64,000 nucleotides of DNA from Pelomyxa schiedti (lineage: Eukaryota; Protista; Evosea). The notes under the pieces were generated by a model, which was not told the origin of the DNA, made no database searches, and saw only the letters and a list, made by a program, of their open reading frames with translations. Of this stretch, positions 1 to 11,300 are shown in pieces (positions within the stretch are counted from its first letter, which is position 1; the number at the start of each line of letters is the position of its first letter). The stretch is from assembly GCA_020536535.1 (NCBI GenBank), contig JAHLWZ010000373.1:24093-88092 (forward strand), written 5' to 3'. The translations under genes were made by a program, and so were the position numbers.

Positions 1-239
1 TCATTCTTCAAACCTAAAACAAATTTTGGGGTGGAGTGGCTTAAACATGTTCCCTCATGCCGGGGAACTCTCCCAGTTCTCCCGAAAGCTTATGCCACCT
101 CTTCACATTCCTGACTTACAGCTTTTTCCAAAGAATTCATTGAAAAATAAAGATTCCATCACCTGGTCGAAGAGGAAAAAATAAATTACAACTTGGTACC
201 CGTCATCGCACCTCGGCCACCTCGACGCCATAAGCGTAG

Positions 240-560
240 CAGAGTATGGTGCGGTGTGCTCACCGAGTTTGGACTACAAGAAATCCACTTCATCAATGCT
301 GCGTCATCTCCGTGATGTTCACTCAGAATTAGCACTGTGGTTTTTCTTGTGACTGTGTTTTACACGGTAAAGGAAAATGCAACATTTTGTGCATAGCCAA
401 CTAGCATCTCTTGCACACATTCTCTTGTGCCAGAGCAAGCACTGCCGCTATTGAACGAGTGTGGAGTCAAGCACGATGCTCTGTTGCAAATTACGAAGCC
501 AATTGCATCCACACCTGCTAATGGGTTTAATACAAAGCTTTACACAACATGGCCACATGA
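240..560 (+). mobile_element. Decayed, internally deleted hAT-family DNA transposon remnant
   Basis: Frameshifted pieces read VCSPSLDYKKSTSSMLRHLRDVH (BED zinc finger-like, ~255-325) and LASLAHILLC/ASTAAIERVWSQA/LCCKLRSQLHPHLL (hAT C-terminal dimerisation-like motif, ~400-520). No catalytic core lies between them. Confidence 0.55.
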
Positions 561-984
561 GAGAGTTACAGATTTTTTTAAAAAAACGAACTAAACGAAG
601 CCACCCGATGGAATTAAATTTTGTATTTTTTTTCCTTCCTACTTTTCCCCTTAAACTTCGGAGGGGATAGGCTCCGCTCCCTTGGGACTGTTTTTTGTAG
701 GAGTGTTACAATCGTCATCACCTCAGAGAGTTCCACAATCTCATCTCCCCAGAAATGCGGAAAGAGACTTTGCTGGGATCTGAGCCGATCTGCTCCTGGT
801 GCAAAGGGGAAAAAAAAAAAAAAGAGGCAAAGTCACTTTACAACTGCGTTTTAACAAAAAAACAAATAACCAACTGTGTTGCACTCTCCGTGCCGGCTCC
901 GTAGGTGACGAAACGACAACCACAGCCAACGCAACAGCTACCGCAACACCCAATTCTCTTGGCTGGGCTAGGCTCCGACTGTTA

Positions 985-1078
985 TGACGATTGCGACTGC
1001 GACTGCGACTGCGAGTACAAACACAGGCGCAACCGCAACCGCGATCGCAATCGCAAACGCAACCGCAATCACAACCGA
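985..1078. repeat. Hexanucleotide microsatellite-like tracts (GCGACT)n and (CGCAAC/CGCAAT)n
   Basis: ttgcgactgcgactgcgactgcga and cgcaaccgcaaccgcgatcgcaatcgcaaacgcaaccgcaatc are directly visible. Confidence 0.8.
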
Positions 1079-1656
1079 ATAGCGGTCGCGAAGACCGCGA
1101 CCACAACCTCGGCTACATCGACAATTCCCCCTCTTTAACTTTTTTTTTTTTTACCAAAGCATTAATCACTTGTGGGATACACGGCATTATCTCGTAAGTA
1201 AAGTACCCTCTTTACAGAAAGTTTTTAGATTTTCCTGAACTGCCCCACCAACATCTGTCGAGCCTCTGCCTTCTCCTAGTACACCGCACTCTCCTCACAC
1301 CACAGTTGCACACAAGCCACACTACCGCCGTCCCTGTGCGCCGCGGTTAAACAAGAAACGCTTTTTTTCGCTCTCATTTTCGTTATCGGCGGTGTATCAC
1401 CAAATCCCAAATCAATACATTTATTGGAAATCGCTGTGTGATCGAAATTATGTGAAATACCATACAATGGTGTTTTTTTTATTCAGCCAATTAAATTATT
1501 ATTAAATTTTCCTTCCTACAAAACACCTGCTCACAGCAACTGCGATTGCTTATTCCAAATGAGGAAAGTTGAAGTTAATTTGTGTTTTCCAAAAAATACC
1601 TTTTGCTCGGCTTTTAAGCCAGAGAGAAACCGCCAACAAAGCTACAAAAAAGCAAG

Positions 1657-4600
1657 ATGACAAGCACAGCAACCAACCAACCAGCAAAGATGTTCCAGAA
1701 GTTGTTGGAAAAGGGTGTTTGCAATGGCGTGGGACCCCTCCAGCGGTTCTTCCAGACTGACCCATACAGCGTTCCCGTGGCGAACGTGGTGGATACCAAG
1801 GTCTTAAAGATCCGATACCCACATGAAATTGGAGATCCAGTAAGAGAAGCTGGGGTGAGGCTGACAACCGATCTACACGTTGTGGACGTCCTCATCCCTG
1901 ACTCCGTCATTGTGGCAGTCCGAATTTACTCAAAGACAGTTTGTTCCTCACTTCCCCCCTTCCCCCTCCCATTTTATCATTCTCTTCACCTCCCTCTTCG
2001 TTGGTTCCTTTGCTGACACCACACAACAGGGTGAAGTTCCTTCAGTCGAGGATGGGATGACGATGTACCCCAACACGAGGAGCATTGTGGGAGACACCTT
2101 TGCTGACCTGTGCGCTATCATCCACCATGGTTTGAAATGGGTAACAAGCAAAAACACGTTCCCCCCAAAACAAACACATGATGCGCCCCACGCACGTTAC
2201 ACCCGACAACAAAAATGACACGCACCATGAGAGAAACGCCTGTAACTTTATTTGCAGGAAGGCGAACCGCAAATCAGGGAAACCGGCGTTCAGACGAAAG
2301 TTCCCGAAGACACGTACGCGCCAGTAGAGATCGTCACAGATAACGTGTATGGCCCGGCGCTCAAGGTGGTCGTCACGAGGGGCAACCCCGTCACCATCAC
2401 CGTGTTCGCCAACAAGAAGTCCGCAGGTCCGCTCTGCTCCACGTTCCGGAATCCGGAGGTAATATGTTCCCATTACAATGAACGTGTCGTGGTTGACGAT
2501 GCGTTTTTTGCCACAGTGGACGATGGTGTCATCAGATATTCTGTTCAAGACTTTGCAGGTGGTCGAGTACAAATACGAAGGGACCATGAGACAGGAGTGC
2601 TCCACGTACTGGCACAGGAAAAAACTTCCGTTCTGTCAGTATCTTGGTTCGCCACCCTAAACAGTTAAACCTATGTTCCTGATCACTGCCGTGCAGGATT
2701 TGGGGAGAAGGGAGGAACAAATCTGTGCATGAACTCGCAGCACCTACAGTTCACCAACTGTGACAACTACCTGTATGAGGAGGTCTACAAGGTGGGACCG
2801 ACTGACCCGAGCGAGCCACTGTATCACAGCAACCCCTTCTGGATCGAGTATGTCCCTGACAGACCCCTCGTCGGCGTTTACCTGGATTCTGTTGCTCCAG
2901 TATGAAAGAGCCCATTTCAAACTCCTCACTAAATCACCTGACAAGAAGCGCACTCTGCACCATCCTCAATCACACAAACCACACTAACCTACAAACCAAG
3001 AGTTTTGTGGACCTTGGCCCCGCTGAGTCAACCGAGATCGCCGTAGGGACATTGGTGTCACGATTCAGCTATTACATTATGGTGCAGAGCAGGCACCCGT
3101 ATGACATTACTTCGCTGTACTGCAAGTTGGAAGGTGCTGGGAGGGTGTTCCCCAAGTGGGTCCTTGGCTATCACCAGGGAAAGTTTGGATGGACTTCCAA
3201 GGGAGAAGTGCTCGACAGTGCAAAGAAGTTCCGTGATTGTGAGATACCCATTGACAGCTTCAACATCGACATAGACGTTCAGCACGAGCTACAGACCTTC
3301 ACGATCAACGAAAGGTTCAACGGGGTCTTCCAGGACCTCCTCAAGATGGGCTTGAAGAGCTCCACCAACATCACCCCCTACATAGCGCAAAATCACCCCG
3401 CTGCAATAGCAGTCTTGCAAGACACGACCAAGAGGGTCTTTGTGGGAAATGAGATGGCAGGAAATCCGCAGGGAAACCCTCCAGCATCGACGGAATACTC
3501 TCCGTTCTTAGGCCAAGTGGCGTACTCCCTAGAGTGCCCAAGGGGACTCTACCCAGACCTGGGTCACCCTGACGCCTACAGCTGGTGGCAGAAGTCATAC
3601 GATACGCTACTGAGGGCGGGGCTCAGCTACGTCTGGCAGGACATGGTGACGCCGGACATGCCCGAGGACATAGACGAGTGGAGATCTTTCCCACTCGACC
3701 TTATGCTTACCGACAACACTTACAAAAGGCCTGGGGAGTCGTCGAGCAGCGGAACACCTCCAACAAGCAAGCCCTTGTCTAAGATTCCGGCGATTTGCAT
3801 GAGGAACATGTTCGCTCTGAACCTGCTGAGGGCCACTTTCAATGCGTGGGACAAACACGAGCTGCTGGCCACCAAGAGGCCGTTTATCATTGGAAGGGGA
3901 GGTTGCTCTGGGATGCACCGGTTCGGAGCCCTATGGACTGGTGACAACTCCGGCACGTGGGACTTCATGAAGGTCAACCTCGTCCAGTGCCTGTCCCTCG
4001 GGCTAAGTGGGCAGTTCATGTCTGGTGCCGACATTGGTGGGTTCGCCTGGGTCGATAACCAATCTTGGGTCGACCCAGAGTTGTTCATCAGGTGGCACTT
4101 GGCTGCTGCTTTCTTGCCTTGGTACCGCTGCCACTATAACGGCAAGTCCATCACCCCTTGGCCACCAAACGGCAACAAGTCAGGGAAGCTCTTCCAAGAA
4201 GTGTATGCATTTGAAGAGCACGCAAATGAGGCACCTGACGACAGGCTTCTCTACACCAACGTGATGCCTGTATGCAAGTTTTACATTGAGCTGCGCTACA
4301 GGTTCATTCAGCTGCTCTACGACGGCATGTTCGGCAGCAATCGGAACGGGATTCCAATCTCCAAGCCCCTCTTCCTCCAAGATGGGTTCAGGGATCCCTC
4401 GCTCCACTTCGAGATGCTTGAGTACTGCAGCAACGAATACCTTGTTGGCTCTGACATGCTTGTGGCCCCCATCCTCAACAAGGGTAACAATGGAACGAGG
4501 AAGGTCTACCTGCCGGCGGGAAGCAAGTGGTACCCGTTCACCAATAACTTCGCCCCTCTCGACCCTGAAACCAGAGGGAGGGAGTGGCTGAGCAAAGGAG

Positions 4601-7600
4601 TTCGCAACCCGCCTTACGGTAGTATGGCAAGGCCGGTGGAGGGCGGCAGGCAGTTCGACTACTACGCCTCCCTGCAGTCCCCGTCTGACAAGCCGGACCA
4701 CATTCCTTACCTGCTGCCGATATACCTCCGTGCTGGGACGGTGATACCCACGGTCGAGCTGGAGCAGTTCGTTGGACAGAGGACACAAGATGGCAAGATG
4801 CAACCAGTGACACTCAATGTTATGCCAGGTGCCCCTTGTTCCGCAAAGGGCCGCTCCAAATACCAGCTTTACCTCGACGATGGCGAGTCGAGGGTGTCTT
4901 CTCCCTGCCGTGGAGTCTTTGACGAACGGCGTGGCTACAAGGACCAGTACGTGCACATATGTGTTCAGAACAGCGTGCACGAGGAGAGCAATGTGCTCGT
5001 CTCTCGCAAGGTGGAGCTTGACTGCCTCAACAGCCCTGACGTACCAGAACCCACCATCGCCGACCACACCAAGTGGTTGTGTGTTGCCTTCCACCACGAC
5101 GCGGACCACAACGACGTCTGGAAGAAGTACACCGTCTTTGTGCGCATTGGGAACGAAGAGAGGTTCCCGCTGCCGGTCGTTCCCAGCCTCACTGAATTCC
5201 TCGTCAGCAAGACCTCCCCTGTGGCCTTCCTGGATGACACCTGCCGTGTGACGCTGGTGAGGTTTGGTCAGCCCAACGAACCCATTACCAAGGGCAAGTA
5301 CGTTGTGGTGACCCTCGAGCTCAACCTGTGTCCCCGTATGATTCGCACGGTCCTTGCTGACAAGCTTGATGATGGGTACTGGATCCACACTGCTGACCTT
5401 CACAGGACCGGCAGGTCTGACCTCATTGCTTACGGCCTTGGGAAGGGCCAGATCACCGTCTATGACAACCTCGGTGGTGGAAAGTGGTCACCTGGCCAAG
5501 TGATTCAAGAGGTAACGCATGGATGCTTGTGTTTTTTTTTCGCTTTTGCTCTCCTATTCCATCATTCACCACTGTTGCTGACCAAAATTCCCCTCCCCCT
5601 CCCCAAAACAACAATTTTTCAAGTTGATTGGACCGGTTTCCACAGACACATGGGACATCACAGGCAATGGCTACCCAGACTTAATCACATGCTACGAATA
5701 TGGCAAAAACATGATGGAACCCGATCCAAATGGTGGAAAGATCGTGTGGCTCGAAAATCCAGGGACTGGAGGGATGGTTCCATGGAAGCAGCACTACATT
5801 GGCCAGTCAATGTCCATGCACAGGCTTCGCGTCGGTCATTTCACTGATGCAACACGTATTCAGGTGCGTTCTTCAAATCCTTACCCCAAACCGTGTTTTA
5901 AATCACGGCGAGGTTCTGGGCCTGCCGATCGTGGGAGCAGTTGGAGATTTTGGAGCTCCTGTCCCTCTGTGCTTGTTCACGGCACCAACAGATGTGATAA
6001 ACGCAACTAGCTGGGAGGCCACCAGAATTGACACGAGTATGTGCACTTCTATGGGCTTCCCTTACTCTGACGTCGTGTCTCCTCCCCCTTTTTTTCCTCC
6101 TTCATTCAGAGGGTTCGACATTCCATGTGATTCATGAAGTGTGTCTGATGAAGAACCCTGCAACATGGCTTGACTCCTTCATCATTGCGTCACAGGAGGG
6201 TTTGACAAAGTTTGTTTATGATCCTGCTGCTGGTGCCTTTAATGTAACTCTCTTGACTCAGTCCCCTTCTTTTTTTGACTTGTTTGGCAGATGGAGTCAA
6301 TCACCAAAGGAGAGGTCCACGGCAAGGTATTCAATGGGTGTGGCAACGTGACCACGTTCAGGCACAGTGGCAAGGAGTGCATTGCGGCGATAGAACCGTT
6401 CCACGGGTACGTACTGACCGTGTATGTGCAGAGACTATCAGGAGGATGGTCACAGCATATCGTGGATGTGTACGGCGTGCCCAACAAGAAAGAGGAGGGC
6501 CCAGCGCATCACTTGGTCACTGCAGACATCAACAAAGATGGGGAAGAAGAATTGCTTGTCGCACTGAGGGGTCCTGCTCCTGCTGAGGGTGTTTTCATGT
6601 ACAAGTGCAGCATGTCCTCCCCAGACGACGTCAAGTTCATCAAGTACCGGCTCACGCCAGACAGTGCTGCCAGGATTGCAGTGGGTGACTGGGACGGCAA
6701 CGGCTCAATGTAAGTGTAACTTTACTCGTCTCCCCAACTCTGTTCCATCTCTCTTGCTATCTCTTCTTTCTCCATTTTTACAACATCTCAGTGATATTGC
6801 CACGATTGGATACTCCGTGGCTGGCTACTTTGAAGCATGCAACAGCCGAGTGGCAGTTTTCTCGAACACTCTCACCCCGTCCCTCGATGCCTTGCCACTC
6901 AATCGAATACCGTTCCGAACTTGTCAAATATGGAATGACGTCGCATATAGCCAGAAGCAAGTCTCATCTGCAGATGCATGCGAGCTCACTATCTCGTTTG
7001 CTCAAATCGAGCCATCAGCAGAGGGGGCAAGGTACATTTCAGAGCCGCTTATCCTCTGCGCACAGGGTACAGAGACGCACTGCATGCGCATCATGTTGCT
7101 GCCTCCTTATGCACATGCCTTCATGCCAGGGCTGGTGGACGGCTTCGAGAGCTACATCAAGATTCTCGCAGGTGGCCTCTCTAACCCATTCATCCCAATC
7201 TTGGCCAATCCCCTCGAAAAGCGGTCCGCAATATTGCGCAGTATGTACCCACTCAGAAAAACCCCTCTTGAACCCAAAAAAAAAAAGATCCATTGGTTCA
7301 GGCCGGACCAGAAGGGGCACTGTTTATGCTGTTCACAAAGCTTTATGGGGCAGCCAAAGAAATCACAGATACCTCAACACTGCGGTGGGTTCTGCCCAAC
7401 GAGAATGCAACAGTGATGCCCTGGAAGCCATTCCCCCCGTTCGAGCGCTTCTTCAACTCGCGCTATATCCACGTCAACGTGGGCGGGACCCCCGTGGCCA
7501 GCATTCAGTTCTGGGCAGCTGGCCTTGGTGTGGACTGTGGCCTTCACGACCACAGCGATTTGGACGCAACCGCCACCTTTGGCGAAGTGCACCTGGCCCT

Positions 7601-7965
7601 TTACAATGGCAATGGTGATGGAGGCATGGTCTGGAAGAACGAAGGCGCCCCTGATGGCCACCTTGCCCTCCTTGCGGGTGAAGAGCATGGCCCGATCTGG
7701 GTCAAGGTACCGCCGTGATCTCCACTCCCCCCTTTTCCTCCACTCCTAACAGCAAACCCAGAAACAGGGAGAGAAGAACGACAACGGCGGCTTGAAATAC
7801 CCCATGCACAAGTGGCAGGCGGGAGGAGTGTATGCTGGTGACGCCACTGCCGCTGCAGCCGACAAGTTTGACGTCTGGGTGGCTGTCGAGTACAGGGCGG
7901 CACTGCTCCAGCGCAGTCTCTTGATGGAGGCCAAGATCAAGAGGATGTTCTCTGAGAGGCCTTGA
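1657..7965 (+). CDS. Fusion protein: GH31 alpha-1,4-glucan lyase-type domain + aldos-2-ulose dehydratase/isomerase (AUDH; beta-propeller + cupin), ~1,800 aa, ~12 introns
   Basis: Spliced ORF traced through GT-AG introns (e.g. 1939-2029, 2141-2257, ~2899-3000, 5512-5623, 6710-6791, 7708-7752). GH31 motifs: YLGFGEKGG, PLYHSNPF, GYHQGKFG, nucleophile GLSYVWQDMVTP (W at 3634), WTGDN, GADIGGF, VYLPAG. AUDH motifs: DGYWI, IVWLENPG, MHRLRVGHF, IHEV, EPFHG, GPAHHLVTADINKDG, IATIGYSVAGYF; cupin QFWAAG..HDHSD..FGEVH..EEHGP..YPMHKWQAG..FDVWVAVE. Stop TGA at 7963-7965. Confidence 0.9.
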
Positions 7966-8050
7966 GTTTCTTTCACAAAGATTTCAATCAAATCGTAATG
8001 AAACACGTTCCATCAGAAGTTTTCGCACCTTTTTCCTGTTCGGTCTGATT

Positions 8051-9637
8051 ATGCGAAAACCATCGCACGACGAGCCTGTGCAGGGCGAAGCCACGGAGGG
8101 CCCATGCACTGCCCCACTGCTGGCGCCCATAAGTACGCGCAACAGATCTGTCATAAGTGACTGCAACCGACAATGGCACTCGGGGGACTTTGACCTCCTT
8201 CCTGGTGTGGCTGTGGTTGCTCTTGGTTATGGGTCACGTGGTGGTTTTAATTTTATTGCTTACTGGTATCAGATGAAGTCGTTATTCAAGTTCTCTCTTG
8301 TTTGGGCATGAAGAGTATTAGCAGAATGGGACAAGTAAAAATACAAATCCTGCTTTCATATGTTGCTCATATTTGAAAACAGACTTGCAAAAGGATGCAC
8401 ACCATTGCATCAAGTGCCACTGTTTGGAATCACGTGGCTCAAAGAGAGGGATTACCTGAAAACAAACCTCTGAGTTTCTATGTGTCCAAGTATGCCTTTG
8501 TACATAGGATAGTGAACGTTCTCTTCTGCTAACACTAAACTTGAGTAAGGTACACTGAGAAGAGAGAGCATAAATATGCTGCTAGAGAAGCAGTCGCCAA
8601 TATTGAAAAGAAGCACCGATACCTGGTTATTCTTTGCGATAAATTGTCGTCTCCGTACCAAAACCCTTCTCAGGAAAAGAAAAAACGTAACACATGGTGC
8701 GTTCAATTTTTTACATCAAGGATTTGGGAGTGGTCCTATCCAGCGTTGCTTATTCTTTTCCTCGTTGCCGCAACACTGAAACTAGAAGAAATAATATTCT
8801 GGCCCTGGATTGCAGTATTTGCCCCTCTATTTGCCATTTTCTGTCACATATATTTCTGTAACATGGTAAAGCATCATTTTACATTCTATTTGTGTTTCAC
8901 TTACTATTTCTATTTCATTCTTTGTGAAGATATTTGCCCTGTGCAAACCTATCAACAATTACAGACTAGAACCGAGGGAGGGTGAGTGTAAGACCCCGGC
9001 GTGCAACTTTTTGTGGCTCAATGGTCACTATATAGAAAAGCTCAACAACAGGATAATATTCTATATGTACCTCTTCTGTCCCGTACCGTTCTTGCTCTTC
9101 CTTTTCCTGCAATTGTCTTGTTACATAATGCCGTGGTGGATTATTCCAATTCCTGCACAACTCATTTCCCTCGCCCTGATTCTCACACCGTTCGTTGCGA
9201 GGGTAAGGTGCATGTGCTCAGCCCCAAGCCAACTAATGTGGCTCATATTCCCAGTTTGTGGCATTCTGATGTGCACATTCCTCTCGCTCCTGTCAATAAA
9301 ACTACTCAGTACGAATTCACTCACTTGGGTGGCGGTCATAGCACCGCTTCTGGCAATTGAATTTTGGATTCTGTTAATTCCGGCCCTACTAGCTGTTGTA
9401 TCAAAAGGACTTCGAATGTACTGGACACAAGGAAGCCGGCTTGGCACAATGATACTGGTAATGGATACCATCATACTCGGAGTTATAATTGTTTCATTTG
9501 GGCTGTTACTGGCCCTCACCATGGATGGATTCCGTGACTATCAGTGGAGAATGATCCTCATTCCAATGTATATACTTGCTGGGTTCGTTACAACAGCCAC
9601 AGTTGCTCTCAGTGTTGCTATGTATTCTGGTTTGTAA
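8051..9637 (+). CDS. F-box protein with a C-terminal TMEM185/TMEM203-like multi-pass membrane domain
   Basis: Spliced N-terminus reads FDLLPDEVVIQVLSCLGMKSISRMGQTCKRMHTIASSATVW (F-box). Downstream are repeated helical hairpins of the 'LKLE..IFWPWIAVFAPL / LTWVAVIAPL / YQWRMILIPMY' type typical of the TMEM185 family. Confidence 0.7.
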
Positions 9638-9729
9638 CAGTAAGACCCATAACAACCATGGAAAAAGTGAAGTGTACGAAAAAGGAAGGGGGAAAAAAAA
9701 AATTCGAGATCTGAGGTTCACCCCCTTTT

Positions 9730-10324
9730 GAATTCTGCTGGGAGATCCTTACCTTCATCACCAGTCACCTGGCCGACATTGACCTCCGCCATACAGGGTC
9801 AATATCCGCCCCTTAGCATCGATCAACGTCAGGGGCTAGAGCGCATCGAATCCCGTGGCCTATTCCATCACGCAGGGTATCCTTTGGTTATTCTTCCCTT
9901 GTGGGTGGTTGTCGGTTACGGGAGAGCTACTTTCGCCCCCTGCTTGTCGATGTGTTGGTGGTCTCCCATTCCACCGACTTGAACCCTGTGGTGTCTACGG
10001 TCATCAGCACGTCCTATGGCATGTTTACGTCTCGTGTTTCATATCTTCCGTCATAGGCGACGCAGAACTTGGTTCCGTTCCCAGTGCCCTCGAAATAGTC
10101 CCACATGGCAGGGCCTCGATCCCAGTCACCAGCCACCTCTCGATCTCGTGGAATCGCTCTCTCTCCATGGACTCCACCTCGGACGGCTTCATGCTCCAGA
10201 ATATTATCTGGTGCTCTGTTGGTGAGATCGTCGGCTTCATCTTCCGAGAAACGAGGAGCGCCACGGGTTCCCTCTTGCTCATAGTGACCAAGGAAATCAC
10301 GTGCCCTCCACTCTGCAGAGTTGC
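9730..10324 (-). pseudogene. Decayed protein-coding fragment, family not recognised
   Basis: Coding-like composition. Minus-strand protein-like pieces (IIFWSMKPSEVESMERERFHEIERWLVTG; GTKFCVAYDGRYETRDVNMP*DVLMTVD) are broken by stops and frameshifts. Confidence 0.35.
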
Positions 10325-10402
10325 TGCGCAGAGGATAAGCGGCTCTGAAATGTACCTTGCCCCCTCTGCTGATGGCTCGATTTGAGCAAACGAGATAGTG
10401 AG
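10325..10402 (-). repeat. 78-bp perfect inverted copy of AUDH coding sequence 6985-7062
   Basis: The reverse complement of 10325-10402 equals ctcactatctcgtttgctcaaatcgagccatcagcagagggggcaaggtacatttcagagccgcttatcctctgcgca at 6985-7062. Confidence 0.95.
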
Positions 10403-10411
10403 AAATGTGGA

Positions 10412-10483
10412 GGCTCCGTAGTATAATGGTTAGTATGGGAGATTTTGGCTCTCTTGATCTCAGTTCGATTCTGAGCGGGGCCA
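10412..10483 (+). tRNA. tRNA-Gln (anticodon TTG)
   Basis: Acceptor stem ggctccg/cggggcc, D-arm tagtataatggttagta, anticodon stem ggaga/tctct with loop ttTTGgc, T-loop gttcgatt. No intron. Confidence 0.93.
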
Positions 10484-10625
10484 TTAATTTATCTTCACGC
10501 TTCAAATTTTCTTGTTTTGGTGCTGTTGGCCAGGATATGTTGGAGCTTGAAAAGTTGAGAGTTGCCGCACTGTGCAAGTGATTTTTTGGAGTTACTCTTA
10601 GTCCTGAGAGTAATTGTGGTACTTG

Positions 10626-10925
10626 TTACAAAGGCATCAACTTGTTGGTACACGGTGACACGTTCGTAGTTTCAGCACATAGCTGTTTGGAAACTAGGTA
10701 TTGAGCCACGTAGTCCATGTAATCTGGCTTGAGAAGTTCTCTCAGACACCTTGTCGGATTTAGCAAACTGGAGCATGTATAAATATTTACCTTGACGTTC
10801 AAATTGGTTGGAGCCAAGTTGTTAATCAAAAATTGTATCCTCTCGATGATGGATGTCAGGGGAGTGCACTGTGAAATCTCGGTTGGTGCAGGAAGAGTGC
10901 ATGAAGACAGTACAAATTGTTCCAC
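10626..10925 (-). pseudogene. Fragment resembling the CAF1-binding MIF4G region of CCR4-NOT subunit NOT1
   Basis: IIERIQFLINNLAPTNLNVK..LRELLKPDYMDYVAQYLVSK resembles the NOT1 'KI.F.INN.S..NL..K..EL...L..EY..W.AQYLV.KR' segment. It ends at a stop soon after and is far too short for NOT1. Confidence 0.5.
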
Positions 10926-11069
10926 AACTGAGTGCTGTGATTCTGAGTGTGACTGGTGAACTGGATAGAAGTCGTGGCCTGTCTTCAGATCTTGAAGGTG
11001 CTACTAGCGGAGACATAGCTGAAAGTGGTTTGGTGGAGTTGAGGGCAGGGTCAGGTGGAGGTTGTGCGA

Positions 11070-11300
11070 AAGAAGAAACTGATGTTGCACCAGGCGGAGT
11101 ACGCCGGGAGCTGATGGGTGGTGCCGTTTAACGTGGGGAAACTGTACGAAGTGGTGTTTGACGCGGAGAGGAAGGTTGCGAATTATTCTGAGTCTGCTGT
11201 GCGAGTAGGGCTTTGTATTTTTGCATATCACCATCGGAGATTTCCGACGGAGATTTTGGTTGCAGAGAATCATTTCCTTCGAAAATGCTGATGTTCTCTG
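11070..11300 (+). repeat. Near-identical duplicate of 62789-63064 with a 45-bp deletion
   Basis: Direct match apart from one C/T substitution and loss of 62824-62868 (flanked by CGC microhomology). The match runs into the N-gap. Confidence 0.95.

Noticed and set aside
741-1197. ORFs with CDCDC/RSRSR/RNRNR repeats
   Set aside because: Produced by hexanucleotide microsatellites; no coding evidence.
4180-5403. 407-aa minus-strand ORF
   Set aside because: Antisense shadow of the GC3-biased GH31 exon; no recognisable motifs.
2902-5847. 981-aa ORF as a stand-alone or contaminating bacterial alpha-glucosidase
   Set aside because: Its ends run into introns, and the gene continues through spliceosomal introns on both sides among clearly eukaryotic neighbours.
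10014-10577. 187-aa minus-strand ORF as a real gene
   Set aside because: It runs through the antisense of the tRNA and an off-frame copy of the AUDH fragment, so it is a chance chimera.
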